DNA from: Gammaproteobacteria bacterium
GTDB lineage: Bacteria; Pseudomonadota; Gammaproteobacteria; Pseudomonadales; Porticoccaceae
Assembly (NCBI GenBank): GCA_016708925.1
Contig: JADJET010000003.1
Location: forward strand, 82,465 to 146,464
Direction of reading: 5' to 3'
Length of the DNA stretch: 64,000 nt
How positions within the stretch are numbered: position 1 is the stretch's first letter; every line of letters starts with the position of its first letter. A program made the translations under genes and the position numbers. Below are positions 39,436-47,725 of this stretch, piece after piece. A model generated the notes under the pieces. That model was not told the origin of the DNA and did not search any database. It saw only the letters and a list, made by a program, of their open reading frames with translations.

Positions 39436-40379
39436 ATGCATGTGATCAACAAGCACGTCACCAAACGGCTGGTTCGGCTCGCCAGTCACGTCCTGCCGGA
39501 AGAGCGCGGACTCGCGCTCGAACGCTGGCGTCGCGGCCGCGAGGAGTACTGGAAATACCAACGTTGCGATCACGTCTTCGCCTCCTATGGCAAGAGCGGA
39601 CGCACTGGGTGCGCGCCATGCTGTCGCGCTATTTCCAGCTCGCCTGCAACATTCCGGAAAATATCCTGTTCGGCTTCGACAACTACCACAAGATAAATCC
39701 GGCAGTACCGAAAATATTTTTTACCCATGACAACTATTTGCGCACTTACACCGGCAATCTCGATTCCAAGAAAGATTTCTACGCCAAAAAAACCGTGCTG
39801 CTGGCGCGCCGCCCCCAGGATGTCGCGGTGTCGCAGTTCTTCCAGTGGAAGCATCGCATGCGCCCGTACAAAAAGGCACTGAACCTGTACCCGAGCCACG
39901 GCGCCGATATTTCCCTCTACGACTTCGTGATGGACGAACACCAGGGCCTGCCTCACATCATCGAATTCATGAATCTGTGGGAACGTGAATTGCCCAAAAT
40001 CCGCGTGTCCCTGTTGTTGCGCTACGAAGACCTGCGCGCCACGCCGCACCCGGAATTGAGCCGGCTGGTGGCGTTTCTGGGCATGCAGCCCGATGCCGCC
40101 GCCATCGCCGACGCGGTCGAGTTCGCCACGGTGGAAAATCTGCGCAAAAAGGAAGAGACCAATTATTTCTGGCGCAGCGGCAGCCGCCTCAAGGCCGCCG
40201 ATCCGAGTAACCCGGACTCCTACAAGGTACGTCGCGCCAAGGTCGGCGGCTACCGGGATTATTTCGACGATCGGCAACTCGCGGAAATCGACGGGCTGGT
40301 CGCGGCACGGCTCGCACCGAGCTTTGGTTACAGCGAAACGCCCGCGGTCACCGCGCCGCGAGATGCCGTTCGTGACTGA
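39436..40379 (+). pseudogene. sulfotransferase paralog 1, -1 frameshift as assembled
   Basis: The N-terminus MHVINKHV...YGKSGRT (frame of ORF 39364-39696) continues as WVRAMLSRYFQ... in the frame of ORF 39246-40379. The switch is at 39605-39606 (cgcac-tgggtg, versus ACC TGG in the paralogs). PAPS motifs GKSGRTW and RRPQDVAVS. Confidence 0.75.
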
Positions 40380-41304
40380 TTACCTTCGCATCGCGCGGCA
40401 CGCCGGCGTCGCTGTTTGTCCTTTGGCATCGCGCGAGCACCGCAAGGCATCCGAACGCTGGCTGCGCGGCTGGCTGGAATACCGCCGCCTGCAACCGGCG
40501 GACTGGGTGTTGATGTCCTGGGGCAAGAGCGGCCGGACCTGGCTGCGGGTGATGCTGTCGCGTTTTTACCAGGTACGCTACGGTCTACCGGCCTCCGAAT
40601 TGCTCGATTTCGACAATTTCCACCGGCGCAATCCGGCGGCGCCGCGCGTGTTCTTCACCCACAACAATTACCTGCGCGACTACACCGGCAACTGGCAATC
40701 GAAAGCACATTTCGCCGGCAAAAAAATCGTTTTGCAGGTACGCGACCCGCGCGATGTCGCGGTGTCGCAATTCTTTCAGTGGCAGTTCCGCATCCAGCCG
40801 CGCAAGAAATTTCTCAACGACTATCCGCCCCACGGCGCCGATATCGGCGTTTTCGATTTCGTCATGAATCCGCAAGTGGGCTTGCCGCGCATCATCGACT
40901 ACTTCAACGACTGGGCCGCATCGCGGGCCGAAGTCGCCGACCTGCTGCTGGTGCGCTACGAAGACATGCGCAGCGATCCGGGGCGGGAATTGCGACGCAT
41001 TCTGAGCTTCACCGGCACACCGGGGACCGAAGACGAGATCGCCGAAGCGGTCAATTTTGCCGCCTACGACAATATGAAAAAGCTGGAAGCGGACGGTTTC
41101 TTCCGCAACAGCGGCGCGCGCGTGAAAGCCGGCGATACCAATAATCCCGAGTCCTTCAAGGTGCGACGCGCCAAGGTCGGGGGTTACCGGGATTATTTCG
41201 ACGACGATCAATGTCGCACGCTCGACGCATTGATGACGAAGCTGGACCCCGTGTTCGGCTACGACGCCGCGCCTGCGCCAGCAACCGGCGTGGCGGCGGG
41301 GTAG
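40363..41304 (+). CDS. sulfotransferase paralog 2
   Basis: 313 aa from MPFVTDYLRIARH (ATG 40363), overlapping paralog 1 by 17 nt. 5'-PSB loop GKSGRTWLRVMLS, 3'-PB block VRDPRDVAVSQFF, and C-terminal NPESFKVRRAKVGGYRDYFDD. Confidence 0.8.
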   Translation: MPFVTDYLRIARHAGVAVCPLASREHRKASERWLRGWLEYRRLQPADWVLMSWGKSGRTWLRVMLSRFYQVRYGLPASELLDFDNFHRRNPAAPRVFFTHNNYLRDYTGNWQSKAHFAGKKIVLQVRDPRDVAVSQFFQWQFRIQPRKKFLNDYPPHGADIGVFDFVMNPQVGLPRIIDYFNDWAASRAEVADLLLVRYEDMRSDPGRELRRILSFTGTPGTEDEIAEAVNFAAYDNMKKLEADGFFRNSGARVKAGDTNNPESFKVRRAKVGGYRDYFDDDQCRTLDALMTKLDPVFGYDAAPAPATGVAAG

Positions 41305-42047
41305 CGCACGGTCTCCATCGCCGCGCGTTCGGGGGCCTGTCCGTTCCGTCGCCAACACAGGGCAACGCGATAACCCGGGATGTCCGCCACCCGCCGCCGC
41401 TGCCAACCGGCCACGATTGTCGCCGCGATGGCGCTGGATTCCGGATCGGAAAATCCCGCCAGGCCGTAGCCGAGCGCTTTGAAATACGCTTCCCGCGCGG
41501 TCCAGATATCGTAAAACGCTGCGCACTGCGCGGTACCCGACAAGCTACCGAGCGCCGCGCATTCGTCGGCGGAAAAAAAACGCCGCGCCAGCGCCGGCAA
41601 CCGATCCCTCGGCGCGACATGTTCCACGTCCACGCCAAGTTCACACTGCCAACCCAGCGCGCAGACCACCAGATCCGCGCTGTGGGACAGGTTGAATGCC
41701 AGCGGCAGCGCGGGCCAGACGAGCGCGGGCTTGCCGCGTCGGTCGCGCGCAAACCGCCAGTCCGCCAGCGGCAGCGGATAGCGCCGGGAGAGCGCCCCGC
41801 GCAACAGCAGCCGCGCCAGCACGGCCCGGTGCCGATCGGCGGGATCGGCGAAGCGCACGCAATGCGCTGCTTCAGCACTGGAGAGAAGTGCGCGGCTCGT
41901 CCGGGACTTCAGGACATCGGAACATGCGCTAGGTCGTGCCAGCCACAACTGGACCGCGCCGTCGGCAAAACTTCGATACGGCTGTTCCGGCAATCCGGGA
42001 AGATTCGGACAGGCAGCCGGCACAATATCAGCCGCAAGAAACCTCAA
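41259..42047 (-). CDS. Sfp-type 4'-phosphopantetheinyl transferase
   Basis: 262 aa. GKPAL, FNLSHS, GVDVE and WTAREAYFKALG motifs. TTG start overlaps the upstream stop (TTGA). The 3' end overlaps convergent sulfotransferase 2 by 46 nt. Confidence 0.75.
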   Translation of the reverse strand: MRFLAADIVPAACPNLPGLPEQPYRSFADGAVQLWLARPSACSDVLKSRTSRALLSSAEAAHCVRFADPADRHRAVLARLLLRGALSRRYPLPLADWRFARDRRGKPALVWPALPLAFNLSHSADLVVCALGWQCELGVDVEHVAPRDRLPALARRFFSADECAALGSLSGTAQCAAFYDIWTAREAYFKALGYGLAGFSDPESSAIAATIVAGWQRRRVADIPGYRVALCWRRNGQAPERAAMETVRYPAATPVAGAGAAS

Positions 42048-42760
42048 AAACGCTGCACCTGTTTGCCGACGATGCGATCGCGAATCCGCCAGTAGAGTGT
42101 GTCCGGATTCACCACCACGATGAACACGCGGCGCAGACGGCCTTCGGGACAGGTGATCGGCTGCACCGCGTGCCAGCAGTGGTCGGTGCGCTGGAAGAGC
42201 GTCGATTGATTGCCGATAAATGGCGCCTCCTGGATGGCGACGAATTCCTCCAGTGCCGGCGCCGAGTCGTAATTCAGGCGCCCGGCATCATCGAGGATCA
42301 AGGTGCCGCCGCCCCACTCCGGCAGCCAGTCGCCCTCGGGGTTGAAGTAGAAAAGCTGGGAGCCATATTCGCGCCTGGCATCGCAATGGGGCGAAACCGA
42401 ACACCCGGTCGGTGTGTAATGCCAGTGGAACCGGAAAGTAGGCCGTCCACAGCGAAACAGCCGCGCGATCTGTTCGCGGTAACCGGAGTTGCACAGCTCG
42501 TCGATAAAGGCGCGCCAGGGCGCCGGCACCGGGGTATCGGGCGTGAATTCGAGGGAGTAGCGGTCGTGAGGCGCCTGGCCCGCACGGCGCCGATAACCGA
42601 CTTTTTGTTCGAACAGATCGAGCCCGGGCATGTTCGCGAGCAGCGCGGCGTAACCCTCGGGCGTCACCAGATCCGCCATACCGAGCCAGGGAAAAGGTTT
42701 GCGCCGGGCGAAATCCGCGGCATCGACGGCCGCGAGTTTGTCGAGAGCGAGATAGCGCAT
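42044..42760 (-). CDS. 2OG-Fe(II) oxygenase-like protein
   Basis: 238 aa. HxD...H facial-triad candidates (SPHCDA ... HCWHAV) in the context YFNPEGDWLPEWGGGTLILDD ... R.VFIV, typical of prolyl-hydroxylase-like 2OG oxygenases. Confidence 0.55.
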   Translation of the reverse strand: MRYLALDKLAAVDAADFARRKPFPWLGMADLVTPEGYAALLANMPGLDLFEQKVGYRRRAGQAPHDRYSLEFTPDTPVPAPWRAFIDELCNSGYREQIARLFRCGRPTFRFHWHYTPTGCSVSPHCDARREYGSQLFYFNPEGDWLPEWGGGTLILDDAGRLNYDSAPALEEFVAIQEAPFIGNQSTLFQRTDHCWHAVQPITCPEGRLRRVFIVVVNPDTLYWRIRDRIVGKQVQRF

Positions 42761-42763
42761 GGT

Positions 42764-43741
42764 TCAGGCAGCCTCCAACCGGATTTTGTTCAGGACATCC
42801 AACGCATCGTGGCGCAAGTGATTGCGTGCCATCTCGGCGCGCAACAAGTCTTCGGTTACCGAACCGTTATCGAGACATTCCCGCACCAGCGTGAAAAACA
42901 GCCGCTCCTGGGCCGGGTCCGGGTGGCGGGCGTAGCGGCCGAGCAGCGCGTATTCGCCGAGTAGACGCGCGCGCACCCGGTTGAGCCCGGCGAGCAGGGG
43001 CTTGTCTTTCAGTTTGTCGGCGGGCGTGAAGTCGACCGGGAGCCCGGTTTTCCAGGGCTGGGTGCGGCGTTTGGTGTTGTGGAGCATTTTCGTCTGCGGC
43101 GTGAGGCGATCGAAATCGTTCCACTCGGGCTCCAGCCAGCCGATGTTCTCGGGTCGCTCGTGCGCCAGCACCATCCAGTCCTTGTAGTCGCGCGTGAAAC
43201 TGAACAGTTCACCGAACTCCCGCTCGCAATCCCAGTGCCGCAACCGCGCGCAGTCCAGCAGCATCACGCTGGTGGCCACCTGAAACCCTTTTTCGTCGCG
43301 CCCGGAGCGCCGCCGGCCCATCACCGCCGCGCCCTGCATGTCGCGGGTCAGCAGTTCGTGGATATCGCCGACCGCGAACACATCGGGATCGATCACCACG
43401 GCGCGGCCGCGATACCCGGCGAGTTGCGGCGCCAGGAAGCGCAGCGGCGTGAACGACTGCAGATCGTCCATGCGCCAGGTGCGGGTGGTGCCGCCACGCA
43501 GGAACTCCTGCCCCTCGCGTACGGCCAGGAAGGGATAATCCTTCACATGAATGAATTCCACCGTGAAAGTGTCGGCATGGCGGGAGTTGCGCCTCAGCGC
43601 ATGAGCCGCCACCAGGGCGCCGAGCCACTGCCGGTCATTGGTATGGATGAAGACCCGCAGTTCCTCTGGGGTCCGGGTGTCGCTCGGGGAATTTTCTGCC
43701 ACTGTCATCTGTGCTGTCTCGATTCGCGGGGATTCCGCCAT
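42764..43741 (-). CDS. DXD-motif nucleotide-sugar transferase-like protein (GT8-like), paralog A
   Basis: 325 aa. VFIHTNDRQWLGALVAAHAL, AVVIDPDVFAVGDI (DXD-like) and TSVMLLDCARLRHW resemble GT-A/GT8 blocks. Clear paralog of 46747-47640. Assignment is tentative. Confidence 0.4.
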   Translation of the reverse strand: MAESPRIETAQMTVAENSPSDTRTPEELRVFIHTNDRQWLGALVAAHALRRNSRHADTFTVEFIHVKDYPFLAVREGQEFLRGGTTRTWRMDDLQSFTPLRFLAPQLAGYRGRAVVIDPDVFAVGDIHELLTRDMQGAAVMGRRRSGRDEKGFQVATSVMLLDCARLRHWDCEREFGELFSFTRDYKDWMVLAHERPENIGWLEPEWNDFDRLTPQTKMLHNTKRRTQPWKTGLPVDFTPADKLKDKPLLAGLNRVRARLLGEYALLGRYARHPDPAQERLFFTLVRECLDNGSVTEDLLRAEMARNHLRHDALDVLNKIRLEAA

Positions 43742-43762
43742 CAGGGTGATGCTTAGGAGAAT

Positions 43763-44725
43763 TTACTTGAACAGGCCGCGTCGATGAAGACGCCAGAAGA
43801 AAGCCCAACCGTAAACCAGCGGGTGGCGGCGCACCTTGTCCGGAATCAATACCGGCTGCCCCGAGTGACGCTCGAGCTTCCAGGCCAGGTAATCCAGTCC
43901 GCCGGCAAAGGTGAACAGCGCCTTGGTGAGCCGCAGCAGGGAGCGCACCTTGCCGTGCACGCCGCGCAAGCGCCATGCGATCCGCGCACGCAACCGGGCA
44001 CCCGGCGGGATGGTTGCGGCATAGCATAAGCCCGTCGCATCCTCGACCAGGCGAAATCCATGGGGCAACCGCGCGGCAACCCGTTGGGTGAGGTCGCGGT
44101 AAAAAGGCTCGCCCCAGGCAGCCAGTTCCCGGGTCCGTCCGCCCTGCTCCGCGCGCAGCTCGGTGCCGTAGCTCAGTGCCAGGCTTTGCCGCCAGAGATC
44201 GCTGACCGGGCCTGCGGGCGGCACCAGCGGCAGCGCGCGACTCAACAGAGTGGTTGCGGCCAGTTCCTGGTCCGCCCTGAGCAGATCGCTGTAGTCGGGC
44301 GCACCGGACCGAGCATCGTGTTCCCGCGCATGGACCAGCGCCACCGGCTGGCAGAACCGCCCCCAGAAATAACTCTCGAAAGTGCGCGGCGACAGGCCGC
44401 GCTGAAAATCGGCGCGCGACACCACCGCGTATTTGCATCGCAAGGTGCGACCCTGCTCAGCCACTTCGGCGTAATAGACATTGGGCGGCAACAGCCAGTT
44501 GGCCAGGGTGCGTCCGGCACTCTGACCCGAGTGCCGGTAACCCGACACAATTACATAGAGGTCCACCAGCCCGTCGTGGAAATCGCCGCTGCGCAGGCAG
44601 GAACCGTACAGAATGATGGCGACCACGGCATCGCCGTGGCGTTCGCGCAGCACGGCGAGCAGCGGCGCCAGCGCCTGCTGACCAGCCGGCTCCACCTGCG
44701 TCACGTCCACCACCGGCGACGTCAC
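43763..44725 (-). CDS. Tam41/Mmp37-like nucleotidyltransferase (candidate phosphatidate cytidylyltransferase-type enzyme)
   Basis: 320 aa. ILYGSCLRSGD...DLYVIV (pol-beta NTase-like), then NVYYAEV...CKYAVVS...YFWGRFCQPV. This mirrors the Tam41 GVYFN...KYGVV...YLAGRLQKPV block as I remember it. GTG start overlaps the upstream stop (GTGA). Confidence 0.45.
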   Translation of the reverse strand: MTSPVVDVTQVEPAGQQALAPLLAVLRERHGDAVVAIILYGSCLRSGDFHDGLVDLYVIVSGYRHSGQSAGRTLANWLLPPNVYYAEVAEQGRTLRCKYAVVSRADFQRGLSPRTFESYFWGRFCQPVALVHAREHDARSGAPDYSDLLRADQELAATTLLSRALPLVPPAGPVSDLWRQSLALSYGTELRAEQGGRTRELAAWGEPFYRDLTQRVAARLPHGFRLVEDATGLCYAATIPPGARLRARIAWRLRGVHGKVRSLLRLTKALFTFAGGLDYLAWKLERHSGQPVLIPDKVRRHPLVYGWAFFWRLHRRGLFK

Positions 44726-45696
44726 AGGCGCAGAAACCGCAGCGGCCCGGCCGCCGTGATGACCACGGGACCCGCGGCGCGGGCGACCGCGACGATTTCG
44801 CCATCGAGATTGAAACTGCCGTCCATATCCAGAGCGATGCGCGCTGCCCGCTGGCTATGGTAGCCGGCGTCGGGGACCACGGCACGCCCGGGGCGTCCGC
44901 GCAGGATGCCGGGAAAACTTCTGAGCAAGCGGCGCGCACGACCCTCGATCAGACTCCACTTGAGCGGCCCGGCGCCCTTGCCCCAGAACGGTCGCAAGCC
45001 GAGGAACAGTCGGTCGAGAGTGCTCACCGCCAGAATCAACGCGTCGCATTCCAGCGCCTCGCCAACGTCCGAGCGCACCGCCACCGGTAGTGGCTGCCAG
45101 AACTCGGGGTCGCGGCGCACCAGTCCCCAGAGCGTGCGCACCATGCCCAGACCCAGGCTGAAGTCATCGCGCAGCCCCCGCGCGTGCAGTTCGCGATGAG
45201 CGTAGGCGGTGCCCTGCATGATGACGCCGGTGCCGAAAAACATGCCGTAGCGCGGCGGCTGCGCGCCCGGATCGACCCGCAAGACATGGCGCTCGACGAT
45301 GAGGCCTTCGGTCGCGCAGCCGGTCTCTGCCCAGGCCTGCAAGCGGCGCAGCGCCGTTTGCAGCGAGCCGTAAATCCCCACATCGCCCGCCGTCATGTTG
45401 GCGGTGCCGCCCGGCAGCAGCGCCAGCAGCGGCAAATCGGCTAATGAAAAATGCGCGAACAACTGGGCAAAAACCGCCGCCGCCGTGCCATCGCCGCCGT
45501 TGATCACCAGCAATCGGAGCGGCGCTCCGGCCAGCATCCCGAGTACCCCCGGGATGTCTTCCGCGGCGTCGGTGATGAAGTGGCGAAACCGCGGGTCCCC
45601 ATCCAGTGCCGCCGCCACCACGCCCAGGCGGTCCCGGTTGTGGCCGCTGTTGCGGTTGCTGATGACGGCGATCACCGGCTGCGGATTTCCGGTCAC
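44722..45696 (-). CDS. diacylglycerol kinase catalytic-domain lipid kinase (YegS/LCB5/ceramide-kinase-like)
   Basis: 324 aa. IAVISNRNSG, VINGGDGT, LPGGTANM and C-terminal NLDGE, the DAGK_cat signature. GTG start overlaps the upstream stop. Confidence 0.65.
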   Translation of the reverse strand: MTGNPQPVIAVISNRNSGHNRDRLGVVAAALDGDPRFRHFITDAAEDIPGVLGMLAGAPLRLLVINGGDGTAAAVFAQLFAHFSLADLPLLALLPGGTANMTAGDVGIYGSLQTALRRLQAWAETGCATEGLIVERHVLRVDPGAQPPRYGMFFGTGVIMQGTAYAHRELHARGLRDDFSLGLGMVRTLWGLVRRDPEFWQPLPVAVRSDVGEALECDALILAVSTLDRLFLGLRPFWGKGAGPLKWSLIEGRARRLLRSFPGILRGRPGRAVVPDAGYHSQRAARIALDMDGSFNLDGEIVAVARAAGPVVITAAGPLRFLRL

Positions 45697-46685
45697 TGGA
45701 CGGCAGTATTGCCGGAGGTGTTGCCGGGCATGTTGCCATAGCCGAATACGGGGTCCAGCCCGCCAGCGATCCGCGCATCGATGCGCGCGACTTCTTCATC
45801 GGTGCAGTAGTCACGATAGCCGCCGACCTTGGCGCGACGCACTTTGTAACTGTCCGGATTGTCGCGGTCCCGCGCCGCCAGCCGCCCACCGGTCAGGCGC
45901 AACGGCCCCAGATGCAGCCCACCCTGACTCTCGCGCGCCTTCATCTTGTCGTAAGAGGCGTAGGCCACGGCGTCGCCGACCACCTGTTCGCCCGCCGCGA
46001 CACCCATGAAATCCAGCAGCACCCGCAACTGGTTTTCGGGATCACGGCGCAGATCCTCGTAGCGCAGCACATGCAGGCGCTTGATGTGGGGAATCTCCGC
46101 CGCCCAGGTATTCATGAAGCTCAGTGCGTCGCCGAGACTGCCGCCATAATCGCTCATCAGGTAATCGAATACGCCGATGTCGGAACCGGCCGGTGGATAC
46201 TTGTTGATCTTTTTCTTGTCCGGCTTCATGCGGAATTTCCACTGGAAATAATTCGACACCGAGACATCCCGCGGGTCGCGCACCATCAGCACCACGGGCT
46301 TGTCGTAGAACGGCGCCTTCGAATCCGGCACTCCGGTGAAATCCTTGATGTAGTTGTCGTGGGTAAAAAATATTTTCGGAATCTTCGCATTCAGGTTATG
46401 AAAATTATCGAAACCGAGCACCAGGTTTTCCGGCAGGCGGTACATCAAGCGAAACACCTGGGACAGCATCACCCGCAGCCAGGTGCGCCCGCTCTTGCCG
46501 AACGACACCACCGCGATATCGCAAGCGCGCAGCGTCGCGTACTGTTCCGCGCCCCGCAGTTTGCGCTCCTCCACCAGGCGCGCGCCTTCGTCCAGGCGGC
46601 GCAGACGCCAGTGCAACAGACGTCGCGAACCCTTTTTGGCGAGGGTGCGGACCAGTTGCCTTGCGCTTTGAATCACAACACTCAT
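45693..46685 (-). CDS. sulfotransferase paralog 3
   Basis: 330 aa. FGKSGRTWLRVMLS, VRDPRDVSVSNYF and NPDSYKVRRAKVGGYRDYCTD, the same three blocks as paralogs 1 and 2. Confidence 0.8.
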   Translation of the reverse strand: MSVVIQSARQLVRTLAKKGSRRLLHWRLRRLDEGARLVEERKLRGAEQYATLRACDIAVVSFGKSGRTWLRVMLSQVFRLMYRLPENLVLGFDNFHNLNAKIPKIFFTHDNYIKDFTGVPDSKAPFYDKPVVLMVRDPRDVSVSNYFQWKFRMKPDKKKINKYPPAGSDIGVFDYLMSDYGGSLGDALSFMNTWAAEIPHIKRLHVLRYEDLRRDPENQLRVLLDFMGVAAGEQVVGDAVAYASYDKMKARESQGGLHLGPLRLTGGRLAARDRDNPDSYKVRRAKVGGYRDYCTDEEVARIDARIAGGLDPVFGYGNMPGNTSGNTAVQ

Positions 46686-46746
46686 GAGGATATCCGGTGA
46701 CGAAGAGCAGCGTTAACGGTCAGCGGTGGGAACCGCCTTACCCGGC

Positions 46747-47640
46747 TCAGGTGGCTGTCCGTGCCAGCACTTCAAAAGCATCCGGGCGCAAGTGGTGGCG
46801 GGCGATTTCGTCGCGCAGGCGGGCGGCATCGACGACATTGCGATCCATGCATTCGCGCAGCAGCCCGAAAAAAAACCGCTCCTGCGCGGGGTCCGGGTGC
46901 TGCCGGTAGCTGCCGGCGAAGCGATAGTCGCCAAACAGCGCCCGGCGGGCGCGCCGCAACCAGTGCCGCGGTGGAAACAGGCGAAAGCTGTCGGCGGGGC
47001 GGAAATCGACCTTGAGCCCCGTCTTCCAGGGCTGCGTCCAGCGCTTGGTGTTGTGGAGCATCTTGGTCTCGGCCGTGAGGTGGTCAAAGTCGTTCCAGAC
47101 ATCTTCCAGCGGGCCGATGCTGGCGCGGTCCTCCAGGCGCAGGGAAATCCAGTCCATGTAATCGCGTGCGCCGCTGAACAGCGCGGCGAAATCGCGCTCC
47201 AGGTTCCAGTGCCGCAGTTTTTCGCAGTCGAGCAGCATCACGCTCGACGCAAAGGCGCCGCGCCTGCCCTTGTTGCCGGACTTGGGGCGACACAGGATCG
47301 CCTTGCCGCCCATGTCACGCGACAGCAGATCCCAGACATCGCCGACCGCGAACACATCCGGATCGATCACCAGCGCGCGACCGCGATAGTTCATCAGCTC
47401 CGGCGGCGCAAAGCGCAACGGCGTGAACGACTGGAGATCGTCGTTGACCCAGGGACGCCATTCGCCGGAGCGGCGATACAACTGCCCTTCCCGGCTCTGC
47501 AGGCTTGGAAAATCAGCGGCATTCATCGGCCGAATGTCGAATTTTTCGTTGTGACGGGAGTTGCGGCGCAGCGCATATTCCGCCACCACGGCACCCAGCG
47601 ACTGCCTGTGATTGCTCTGGATGAAAACGCAATGGTCCAC
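46747..47640 (-). CDS. DXD-motif nucleotide-sugar transferase-like protein (GT8-like), paralog B; first gene of the minus-strand operon
   Basis: 297 aa, GTG start 47638-47640. Collinear with paralog A (ALVIDPDVFAVGDV, SSVMLLDCEKLRHW, MLHNTKRWTQPWKTGL, HPDPAQERFFF). Confidence 0.4.
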   Translation of the reverse strand: MDHCVFIQSNHRQSLGAVVAEYALRRNSRHNEKFDIRPMNAADFPSLQSREGQLYRRSGEWRPWVNDDLQSFTPLRFAPPELMNYRGRALVIDPDVFAVGDVWDLLSRDMGGKAILCRPKSGNKGRRGAFASSVMLLDCEKLRHWNLERDFAALFSGARDYMDWISLRLEDRASIGPLEDVWNDFDHLTAETKMLHNTKRWTQPWKTGLKVDFRPADSFRLFPPRHWLRRARRALFGDYRFAGSYRQHPDPAQERFFFGLLRECMDRNVVDAARLRDEIARHHLRPDAFEVLARTAT

Positions 47641-47725
47641 TGCGGTGCGGCCTCGCCCATGACCCCAAGTCAGGGTGGAATGGTAGCAGTTTGGGCTTCC
47701 TCAGACATCGTAAGACGGAGTCCAA

